Part shown: in pieces, positions 7,976 to 16,694 of the stretch
How positions within the stretch are numbered: the stretch's first letter is position 1
Layout: every line of letters starts with the position of its first letter
Assembly: GCF_000148385.1 (NCBI RefSeq)
Contig: NC_014537.1
Location: 1,121,836-1,153,835, forward strand
Direction of reading: 5' to 3'
DNA: 32,000 nucleotides
Source: Vulcanisaeta distributa DSM 14429
GTDB lineage: Archaea > Thermoproteota > Thermoprotei > Thermoproteales > Thermocladiaceae
Made by a program: the position numbers and the translations under genes
Notes under the pieces: generated by a model
What the model was told of the DNA's origin: nothing
Database searches by the model: none
The model's input: the letters and a program-made list of their open reading frames with translations, nothing else

Positions 7976-9769
7976 CTACTTATTGCAGTAGATGCCTCCT
8001 AGATAGGGCTGTGTCGAATTTATGATTATGCCCACGGGGAATGTCTCACTACTCACTGAGCCATAGCTATACTTTATGGGTGTTCCGTAAAACGCCACGT
8101 AGTATGCTGAGCCATAATTAGCGACCAGGTTAATTACGGTATTGAAGTAGAAGAATGACGAGGAGCCCGGTGGCGGAACCATGAGACCAGCTATGCCAAG
8201 GGCCACGGATGTTGCCAGACCAGCCAGGAATTGGTTACCGCCAAATATCGTGGCTATGCTTGAACCAACACTTGGATAGGCAAGGATTAAACCGGCTATG
8301 AATAAACCTGCCTCTGCGGCTACTCCATATGGGTTGGGATTGAATGTTGATGCCGCCACACTCAGTGAGAAGTAGCAGCCTGATGACGTACATGTTATAC
8401 TGGGGCTTGATGTACATAAACCACTGTAGTGGTAATTGCCGTTACTATCCCTTGAAATGAAGACGTAGTCATAAACATAGTTTGGGCTAATTAAACCGAA
8501 TCTAGGCGCTACCTGGCTCATCATGAAGTTCATAATGCCATTACCGAGGTCAATGCCCGGCCATACCCACAGCACATTATTACGTATGGCGCCTGGTAGT
8601 AGGTTAATAACAGCCGTGGCGTTGGCATACTCATTAAGTGGATAGGTATAGCCGTTCTGATCGACGTAATAGCCCTCGAACTGTATTAAGGCCAGGGTAC
8701 CATTAATGCCTAAGTAAAGGAAGCCCGGTCCCCTATTGACGTAGTAATAAAGGTTCGGGTATGAGTACGATAACGAGGAGCTTGACGAAAATGCGAAGTA
8801 CACATAGACATTATCGACATAGTTATAGCCACTATAGCCTCCATAAATAGGCAGGTTACTTGAGAATTGCAGCGTTGGGCCAACAACCTCAAGTCCAGAA
8901 CCTGGAACATTGACAGCCCCATAGAGACCGGAGCCTTTTTGGGCATAACCACCTATACTCAGCACTATCCCGCCACCAATATTGTTGCTCCATGCATCCT
9001 TGCCCCAGGCAATCCACAGTATGGGTATTGAACCATTAAATCCAGCACAGGCACGTGGTTCCCAATAAACAATCCCTGTACCGGCGTAGATTGATGGTGG
9101 AGCGGCATTCAGGACATTACTACTTCCGAGGCAATTGTACGGTCCTACGAAGCCGTAGGGATCCACGGAGGGGCTCGCCATCAGTGATGAGGCATTTATT
9201 GCATTATGATTATAAATTATTCTTACCGGCGCTACCCTAGAGAAGTCTACGGTTAAGCTTATGACTATTGATGCGTTATTTATTATCCAGGTTGGGTTAT
9301 AGGGGATCGCCACCGCCACGGTCCTTGTCTCGTTCGTGGATTTGTCGAAGTACGTGATAAATGCAAGTATGGATGGCCACACAGCATCCGGCGGGTTTCT
9401 ATTGGAGGTCATGATTCTTATCGTCTCCTTAGCTATGTTAATTATTGGTTTTATAATTAAACTTACGTTTACCGAGCCGAATCCGTAGTAATAACCAACC
9501 GTGTAGATATGCCCTTCGCCAAGTGCAAATAGGCTGATGGTTAATGGGACTGGGTTATTATTTAGGTAGCCGTGAATAATGAGTATTGGCTTCCTTATGC
9601 CTGTTACATTATAATAATTGACCTGGTATGTATCAGTACTGATTATTATGATAGGTTTGGGGTTTACTGATTGGGCAAATGTATTGATTGCTATGAGCAT
9701 GGTCACGGTAATTATGGAAATAGCCAGTGCGATCATAGCTATGCCCTGTCTATGAATACCTATGGTCAT
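7976..9769 (-). CDS. Predicted secreted or membrane-anchored surface (glyco)protein (about 597 aa). Paralog of 6211..7875.
   Basis: It has the same architecture as its neighbour. The signal-anchor is 'IAMIALAISIITVTMLIAINTF'. Shared blocks include 'PSIY', 'C.G.NGS.P..WI.W', 'VNVPGS' and 'YVD..GYT', and the C-proximal segment is 'ALGIAGLMVPPPGSSS'. The ORF begins with a TTG at 9772 and the adjacent ATG at 9769 is preferred. Confidence 0.7.
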   Translation of the reverse strand: MTIGIHRQGIAMIALAISIITVTMLIAINTFAQSVNPKPIIIISTDTYQVNYYNVTGIRKPILIIHGYLNNNPVPLTISLFALGEGHIYTVGYYYGFGSVNVSLIIKPIINIAKETIRIMTSNRNPPDAVWPSILAFITYFDKSTNETRTVAVAIPYNPTWIINNASIVISLTVDFSRVAPVRIIYNHNAINASSLMASPSVDPYGFVGPYNCLGSSNVLNAAPPSIYAGTGIVYWEPRACAGFNGSIPILWIAWGKDAWSNNIGGGIVLSIGGYAQKGSGLYGAVNVPGSGLEVVGPTLQFSSNLPIYGGYSGYNYVDNVYVYFAFSSSSSLSYSYPNLYYYVNRGPGFLYLGINGTLALIQFEGYYVDQNGYTYPLNEYANATAVINLLPGAIRNNVLWVWPGIDLGNGIMNFMMSQVAPRFGLISPNYVYDYVFISRDSNGNYHYSGLCTSSPSITCTSSGCYFSLSVAASTFNPNPYGVAAEAGLFIAGLILAYPSVGSSIATIFGGNQFLAGLATSVALGIAGLMVPPPGSSSFFYFNTVINLVANYGSAYYVAFYGTPIKYSYGSVSSETFPVGIIINSTQPYLGGIYCNK

Positions 9770-9876
9770 CAATATAATTCCTTAATAAGGGGCCTTTTAC
9801 TTTACTTTTTTACCTTTACTTCGGTTATTCATAAAATTTGAGTCGAATTAAATTAAATAGAATTTAAGTAACTACG

Positions 9877-10764
9877 TTAGACCCTCGGCTTTAAACCCAG
9901 CCTTATTAATCCATCCCTGAGTTTCTGCACCTCGGCCTCACTTAACGGCCTTAGGTATGGCTCCTTAACAGTTCCAAAATCATAACGGAGTAAGTGGACT
10001 AGCCTGTAGTAACCATCAACGCCTGGGTAATCCCTAATTAGCTCCCTAACCTTGGCTATAAGGTCCTGCTTCTCCATGGCGGACTGCAACCTACCGGCCC
10101 TGAAGTCATTGAACATCTCCCTCATGACCTCCGGAAGTACATTAGCCATCGCCGATATGCAGCCCTTTGCCCCAACCATGAGCGCAGGCAGTATTGTGGA
10201 GTCTGCACCATTAAGTACCGTTATACCTAGCCTAACGTGGCCCATTATCTGCGTTATGTCGCCAGTACTATCTTTAACACCCGCTATTTTAACGCCGTCA
10301 CTGAGCAGCCTCGCTATTAGGTCTGGCGTTACATTAAAGCCCGTGTTCTGCGGTATGTTGTAAATAAATATTGGTAACTTCGTTAATTGAGACAGCTTCT
10401 CGTAATACCTCCTCAGTGTTTCATAATCCGGCCTATAGTAGGTTGGCGGTATTGATGAGATGGCCACAGCGCCATACTTCTCGGCGAGCCTCACGGTCTC
10501 CACCACGTCCTGCCAATTAAATGAGAAGACGTGGACCATCAACTGCCTATTCGTATTCCTGGAAATGACCTCCAGGGCTTCCCTCCTCTCCTCAAGTGTT
10601 AGGTATGGTCCCTGGCTGGTTGTGCCAAATGGGTAGAAGCCGTCAACGCCTGCCTTCGTTAATGAGTCAACGTGCCTTGCGAGGGATTCCTCGTCTAATT
10701 TACCGTTTTTAAAGGGTATTGCCAGTGCTACGAATATGCCCTCCATCGTAGGTATTCGGCACAA
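9877..10764 (-). CDS. DapA/NAL-family class I aldolase, most likely a 2-keto-3-deoxy-(6-phospho)gluconate aldolase-like enzyme.
   Basis: 'GVDGFYPFGTTSQG' corresponds to the GTTGE/GTTGLG motif. 'IFIYNIP' is present, and 'IAGVKDSTGD' carries the Schiff-base Lys. The length is about 290 aa. The ORF starts with a TTG at 10764. The ATG at 10746 ('MEGIFVALAIPF') sits about 25-30 nt downstream of TATA-like 'ttttattaag' on the minus strand and is the likelier start. Confidence 0.7.
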   Translation of the reverse strand: MCRIPTMEGIFVALAIPFKNGKLDEESLARHVDSLTKAGVDGFYPFGTTSQGPYLTLEERREALEVISRNTNRQLMVHVFSFNWQDVVETVRLAEKYGAVAISSIPPTYYRPDYETLRRYYEKLSQLTKLPIFIYNIPQNTGFNVTPDLIARLLSDGVKIAGVKDSTGDITQIMGHVRLGITVLNGADSTILPALMVGAKGCISAMANVLPEVMREMFNDFRAGRLQSAMEKQDLIAKVRELIRDYPGVDGYYRLVHLLRYDFGTVKEPYLRPLSEAEVQKLRDGLIRLGLKPRV

Positions 10765-10799
10765 GGCCCTTAATAAAACTATTTACTTACATATCATAA

Positions 10800-13295
10800 T
10801 TAATCGGTTCCCTGAATAATCCTCCTCTCATTACCCTCCTTAATAAGCCTGATAACACTATACTTAACATTAGTCTCCTCAGCCGCCTTCACAATATCAT
10901 TAACCAAATCCTCCGACTGTGTCGTGATTATTACCTGCCCAACCAAGCCCTCGCTAACGAACCTGGTTAATAATGCCGCAAAGGCCCTCCTAATGTTCAC
11001 GTCAACGTAAGGTATTGGTTCATCCATTAGCAGGAAGTCGACATTATGATTAGTGGCCCTATAAACACTCAATAGGAATGAGAGGGTTATTGTCAGCCTC
11101 TGCCCATCACTCAACCTGGATATTGTAACCTTCCTACCGCCAGGTCTGATGGCGTAGAGCGTATATTCACTGACCACCCCAACAACGCCCCTATCCCTAA
11201 CCGTAACCTCAATGCCCGCCCCCTCAAGGTCATTGTATGGGTATAGCAGCTTGAAAATTGCGCCAACGTTATCCCTAACAATCTTAATCATCTCATCCCT
11301 AACCCTTGCCTGAACCTCCCTAATACCAGCCCTAATCCTAACCAGCCTGTTATAGAAGTCCTCAAGGAAGTCAAGTCTCCTCCTGAGTACTGATGGGTCC
11401 TCCTTATCGAAGCCAAGGCTCGACAGTGCAAGCTCAAGCCTACTTAACTCCGCTGAGTCATCACCTAATTTGGCCCTAACCTGGGTTAACCTCTCATCGA
11501 GATACCTAATCTGGTCTTCAATGCTTGTTACGGTCTTCGTGTCAATACCGAGATTACTGAGTTGCTGCCTAAGCTCCTCCTCCTGCTGCTTCAGGGAATT
11601 AAGCTCCCTATACTTTCTTAGGTATGAAATTGCCCTATCAATATCGTCAATTTCAGCCCTAAACTCATCAACAAACCTCGTAAGCGCCTGAATCCTCCTA
11701 TCAATATCCCTAATGGACCTCTCAATTGTCTCAAGCTTTGAGACCACAGCCTCAAACCTGGACCTGACATCCCGCGCACGTTCAACGGTGGCCTCATAAT
11801 CATTAACGATAGGTAACAGGGTCTCCATGTTTGTCAATACCTTCTCCAGCTCATTCAGTTTATTCCTTATTTCCTCAATTTCGTCGTTACGACCTTTCGA
11901 TAACTCCTCAATCCTCCTCTTAATGTTCTCATAATCCTCCTCACTTAACGGCCTATTGCAGACAGGGCACCTCTCCTCATGATTACTCAGTATGTACTGT
12001 AAGACATTTAGTAACGATATCCTAAAGCTCTCCTCGGAACTAAGCTTCTCAAGCCTACTCCTCAACTCCTCAATGTCCTTCCTAACCTTAATCGGCTCGC
12101 CATACTTACTAACCAATGCTCTATACTCCCTAACCCTGGACTCCTCCTGTGAAAGCCTCGCTTCAAGCTCCCTAAGTGATGCCTTCAATGACTCGGACTG
12201 GATCTCGAGATCATTACGAACATTACTAAGGTACTCCCTATCCTCAACCAGTTTATCCTTAAGTTTGGCGAGCTCCTCAAAGGCCTTGTATATATTCTCG
12301 GCGGCCTCGGCTAGGTTATCGTTAGTTATCACTAATTTACTAACCTCATCAGCCTCCTTAACAAGTGCGTACTCCTCAAGCTTCTCAATTAACGAATCCC
12401 TAAGTCTCTCAAGCCTAAGCCTAATGCTCGTCTCATTAACCTCCTTAACGCCCACCCTCTCAAGCTCCTGCTCAAGGTTCTCCCTCCTAATCCTAATAGC
12501 GATATAATTACTATATACCTCCTCAACACCCTTAAAGTTCTTCAGTATTTCCTCCCTCCTTTTTAGTAAGTCATTGTATGTATTGCTGAGTTCCTCCTCC
12601 TCCTTCCTCAACTTATCAATTTCCTCCCTCAACTCCCTAACCTTTTCCCGCGCCTTCTCAATGGAGCCGTACTTAACTATTATTTCAGGGAGCTCCTTAA
12701 CACTGGCGAGTCTCTGCCTAAGTCTATTAATCAATTCCTCAAGCTGAGACATGGGTAATGACTTATTTAAATTATCGAGAATCTCAAGCCCAAATAACTT
12801 ATCAATGAATATGCTCCTCTTCGTGATACTACCATAGACTAACGCCTCAAGGGTCCTATGTGTGACTAGCACGAACCTCTCAAAGTCATCATCATCAACG
12901 CCCAGGAACTCTATGATCTTGGGATTGACATCATCACCCTTATACCTAGTGCCGTTAATCATGGCGATGGGGCTTTCCCTCGCCGTTTCACCAGACCTCT
13001 TAAGCTCCCTAACTATCTCAACACCATTCGTAAGTACAAGCTTAACGAGTGAAGAATTCGAGTCCTCATTTATTAAGTCAGCCAGCTTTGAAACCCTCTC
13101 CTTAACCTCCAATTGAGTTCCATAGAGTGCATACTCAATTGCCTGAACAATACTTGTTTTGCCGGAGCCAACGGGTCCATGGATTATGTTAATACCGTCA
13201 TTAAAGACAACCCTATGCTCGCCCCTAAACCCCCTGAAGTCCCTAATGGTTAATTCACTAATCCTAACCTTCACCCTCACCCACCTCAACGCCAA
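10800..13295 (-). CDS. Rad50/SMC-like coiled-coil ABC ATPase. By position it is arcadin-4 of the crenactin (arcade) cluster.
   Basis: Motifs present: Walker A 'GPVGSGKTS', a very long coiled coil, a central 'CPVC' hook-like motif, the ABC signature 'LSDGQRLTITLSF' and Walker B 'FLLMDEPIPYVD'. It is the last gene of the arcadin-1/crenactin/arcadin-2/-3 co-directional series. The start is uncertain: TTG at 13295, or GTG at 13280 or 13274. The GTG at 13274 would give 'MKVRISELTIRDF', a typical Rad50-like N-terminus. Confidence 0.75.
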   Translation of the reverse strand: MALRWVRVKVRISELTIRDFRGFRGEHRVVFNDGINIIHGPVGSGKTSIVQAIEYALYGTQLEVKERVSKLADLINEDSNSSLVKLVLTNGVEIVRELKRSGETARESPIAMINGTRYKGDDVNPKIIEFLGVDDDDFERFVLVTHRTLEALVYGSITKRSIFIDKLFGLEILDNLNKSLPMSQLEELINRLRQRLASVKELPEIIVKYGSIEKAREKVRELREEIDKLRKEEEELSNTYNDLLKRREEILKNFKGVEEVYSNYIAIRIRRENLEQELERVGVKEVNETSIRLRLERLRDSLIEKLEEYALVKEADEVSKLVITNDNLAEAAENIYKAFEELAKLKDKLVEDREYLSNVRNDLEIQSESLKASLRELEARLSQEESRVREYRALVSKYGEPIKVRKDIEELRSRLEKLSSEESFRISLLNVLQYILSNHEERCPVCNRPLSEEDYENIKRRIEELSKGRNDEIEEIRNKLNELEKVLTNMETLLPIVNDYEATVERARDVRSRFEAVVSKLETIERSIRDIDRRIQALTRFVDEFRAEIDDIDRAISYLRKYRELNSLKQQEEELRQQLSNLGIDTKTVTSIEDQIRYLDERLTQVRAKLGDDSAELSRLELALSSLGFDKEDPSVLRRRLDFLEDFYNRLVRIRAGIREVQARVRDEMIKIVRDNVGAIFKLLYPYNDLEGAGIEVTVRDRGVVGVVSEYTLYAIRPGGRKVTISRLSDGQRLTITLSFLLSVYRATNHNVDFLLMDEPIPYVDVNIRRAFAALLTRFVSEGLVGQVIITTQSEDLVNDIVKAAEETNVKYSVIRLIKEGNERRIIQGTD

Positions 13296-13449
13296 CCTTA
13301 CTCAACTCCTCATTAATCGCCTTAATAATGCCCCTTCTACCACCCTCCTTATAAGCCATGTAAAGCTTAATGGCTAATTCAGCGTCCTGCCCAAGCCTAT
13401 CCCTCAGGAACTTAATTATTAATTCATCAAGCTCACCCATTACCACCAC
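13264..13449 (-). CDS. Small protein (58-61 aa). By position it is arcadin-3.
   Basis: A short ORF is wedged between the arcadin-2-like and arcadin-4-like genes and overlaps both. The ATG at 13440 overlaps the upstream TGA (13433-13435) as 'ATGGGTGA'. The sequence is helical: 'ELDELIIKFLRDRLGQDAELAIKLYMAYKEGG'. The call rests on the gene order published for Pyrobaculum, not on sequence recall. Confidence 0.5.
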   Translation of the reverse strand: MVVMGELDELIIKFLRDRLGQDAELAIKLYMAYKEGGRRGIIKAINEELSKVGVEVGEGEG

Positions 13450-14119
13450 CCCTCCTTCTTAATACCTCAATCCACGGATTATTACTAAGGAAGTCAGGTA
13501 ACTCATTGTTAATTGTCGAGCCCCCCTGCGCCGTAGTATTTGTTAACCCTGTGGCTTGTAACCCAATTCTCTCGAGCTTATTAACACGCTCAATTAACTC
13601 ATTAATTATCTGCTCAATCCTCATCACCCTATCCCTCAACTCATTAATGTCCTTGGTTAGTGGTTGAATGTTAATGCCCGATAGGGAATTCCTCACATCA
13701 TTAATTGCCTTCTCAAGGTCATCAATCCTCTTCTTAATGCTATCATCAATACCCTGTTGTAGCTGTATTGGTATGCTTGGTATTAACTCCTCCACAGCCC
13801 TTTCGGGATCAGTTGATGACAAGTCATAAATGTAAACACCAACCCTATTGCTTCTGAATAATTTACCGTTTATCAAACCCCTGGCGCTCTGTGGAAATGC
13901 TATGTACGCCTTATTGTAGTTAAATCTATTCCTCATGACATTACTAAGCTCATCAATTATGTAGGACTCCGTTGGGAACTCCTCTGTGGATATCCTGAGG
14001 TAAACCGTGTTATTACCCTCCATGAGCACGATCTCCTTCTCGCTCAGTTTATCCACTATCCTAAAACCCCTCTGTAGCAACCACTCCTCAATAAGCTTCC
14101 TCGCAATTTCAATACTCAT
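13433..14119 (-). CDS. Coiled-coil protein (228 aa). By position it is arcadin-2, the crenactin regulator.
   Basis: It lies immediately downstream of crenactin. The protein has an N-terminal globular part, then a central coiled coil 'IKKRIDDLEKAINDVRN...LRDRVMRIEQIINELIERVNKLE', then a flexible C-terminal tail 'NNELPDFLSNNPWIEVLRRRGGGNG'. The assignment rests on synteny with the published arcade cluster. Confidence 0.6.
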   Translation of the reverse strand: MSIEIARKLIEEWLLQRGFRIVDKLSEKEIVLMEGNNTVYLRISTEEFPTESYIIDELSNVMRNRFNYNKAYIAFPQSARGLINGKLFRSNRVGVYIYDLSSTDPERAVEELIPSIPIQLQQGIDDSIKKRIDDLEKAINDVRNSLSGINIQPLTKDINELRDRVMRIEQIINELIERVNKLERIGLQATGLTNTTAQGGSTINNELPDFLSNNPWIEVLRRRGGGNG

Positions 14120-14190
14120 TACACCTACACATTACTAACTAACAACTCGCTTTTTAACCTAATTGAATCATAAGACTAGAATGAAAGGAC

Positions 14191-15507
<1,317 letters not shown>

Positions 15508-15840
15508 TCACCAGGTCGCCTTTATTGCGATGAACTCATTATTAAACATTATTACGTACGTATCATCAAATGACTTAACCCTGGGCTTCAAATAATCCCT
15601 TAATTTATCTGGTAATGAATTAATTGACCCATTAATGCAATTAAGCACTTGATCAAGGATCTCCTTTAAATGCTCGCTTGTGGTCTCTACGTAATACATT
15701 GCTTGATACTTAACTCCATTATCTATGGCTAAGAACTTAAGATTAAGGCTACTTAGTATGCATGATATGAATTTGCGTCCCTCCTTAATAACGTCATCCT
15801 CATCCTTCACCTCACCAACCTTACACTCCTGACAACTCAC
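15508..15840 (-). CDS. Small protein (110 aa). By position it is arcadin-1.
   Basis: It is the first gene of the cluster and ends 6 nt before the crenactin ATG. The start is a GTG at 15840, about 21 nt downstream of the TATA-like 'tttataa' (15863-15869). The assignment is by synteny only. Confidence 0.5.
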   Translation of the reverse strand: MSCQECKVGEVKDEDDVIKEGRKFISCILSSLNLKFLAIDNGVKYQAMYYVETTSEHLKEILDQVLNCINGSINSLPDKLRDYLKPRVKSFDDTYVIMFNNEFIAIKATW

Positions 15841-15860
15841 GTAAGTTTATTAGCAATAAG

Positions 15861-15871
15861 GTTTATAAGGA
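15861..15871. promoter_or_regulatory. Near-palindromic TATA element in the 60-bp divergent region between the arcade cluster and the cyclophilin-like gene.
   Basis: The element is 'ggTTTATAAgg'. It is about 21 nt from the arcadin-1 GTG (15840, minus strand) and 30-42 nt from the plus-strand starts (15901/15913). A second box 'gaTTATAAgg' lies at 15891-15900. Confidence 0.4.
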
Positions 15872-15900
15872 GATTGCGCCTCTTGTGACGAGATTATAAG

Positions 15901-16272
15901 GTGCATAGTATTATGGAGAGTGAGTTAATCCTTGAGGTTAAGGATCTTGGAAACATAGTGATTAAGTTGGAGCCAGCTCTGTCACCACTGACCTACGCCA
16001 GATTAGGTAAGTCATTACCAATCAGGGCGAATGCAATTAAATATAGCCAAGTCATATTGATACCCCTGGATTTAGGCCTAGTGAGTGAGGGTAAAAGAAC
16101 TAGTTTAAAGCCGTATGAGGTTGGTTACTGGGTTAAGAAGAGAAGCCTAGTAATCGCCCTAGGTAATGTTGATCTTGGTGAGCAGGTGAATGTGTTAGGT
16201 TACGTAATTAACGGTGCCGAACTTCTTGGTAAATTGAATGGTGGTTATTCCATAAGGATCTCGATTAGGTAA
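15901..16272 (+). CDS. Cyclophilin-like superfamily protein (TM1367-like).
   Basis: 'YEVGYWVKKRSLVIALG...VNVLGYVINGAELLGKLNGGYSIRI' parallels the TM1367 pattern 'GDVGYWPPGKALCLFFG...[23 protein letters not shown]'. The start is either the GTG at 15901 or the ATG at 15913 ('MESELILEV'). Confidence 0.6.
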   Translation: MHSIMESELILEVKDLGNIVIKLEPALSPLTYARLGKSLPIRANAIKYSQVILIPLDLGLVSEGKRTSLKPYEVGYWVKKRSLVIALGNVDLGEQVNVLGYVINGAELLGKLNGGYSIRISIR

Positions 16273-16325
16273 CTAGGATTAAGCTTTTAAAGGGTTAGGG
16301 AAGTACCGAATACGGCGAAAGAAGT

Positions 16326-16613
16326 ATGAGCACACCACAGCAGGAAACCACAATACTAGTGGGTAAAAAACCAACTACAAGCTATGTGATAGCTACGGTA
16401 ATGAGTTTCAATGCGGGGGCTAAGAAGGTAATACTGAAGGCTAGAGGCGGTGCGATAGCCAGGGCAGTATCAACGGCGGTAATGATAAGGGATAGGTTCC
16501 TACCAAACCAGGTAAGGATAGCCGACATAAAGCTACTAACCGACAAGGTAACTGGGCAGGGAGGCAAAGAGAGATCCGTAGCAGCCATCGAAATAGTGCT
16601 TGAGAGGGTATAA
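16326..16613 (+). CDS. albA: Chromatin/RNA-binding protein Alba (Sso10b family).
   Basis: 'ILVGKKPTTSYVIATVMSFNAGAKKVILKARGGAIARAVSTAVMIRDRF' is the classic Alba core. The protein is 95 aa. A TATA 'ttttaaa' lies at 16285-16291. Confidence 0.9.
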   Translation: MSTPQQETTILVGKKPTTSYVIATVMSFNAGAKKVILKARGGAIARAVSTAVMIRDRFLPNQVRIADIKLLTDKVTGQGGKERSVAAIEIVLERV

Positions 16614-16694
16614 GCGAAATAAGTACCATGAGCTGCTTCAAAAATCAAGTAAAATAATTACACAATCAATTCAATTATTTCATTTTCACCTTAC

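Noticed and set aside
11992-12507. A 171-aa plus-strand ORF rich in Ser/Leu, plus similar ORFs at 11470..11691 and 12862..13116.
   Set aside because: These ORFs lie antisense to the Rad50-like gene. A GAG/AAG/CTC-rich coiled-coil coding sequence gives stop-free Ser/Leu-rich reverse frames. They have no promoter or SD and are low-complexity, so I treat them as an artefact of codon bias.
10800-13295. An alternative reading of the 831-aa ATPase as the genuine DSB-repair Rad50.
   Set aside because: It lies at the end of the arcadin-1/crenactin/arcadin-2/-3 series and overlaps arcadin-3. No mre11 or herA is adjacent. The NurA homolog in this window is about 7 kb away on the other strand, in a different operon. 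Only phylogeny against bona fide Rad50 and arcadin-4 sequences can settle this, so the rejection is provisional.
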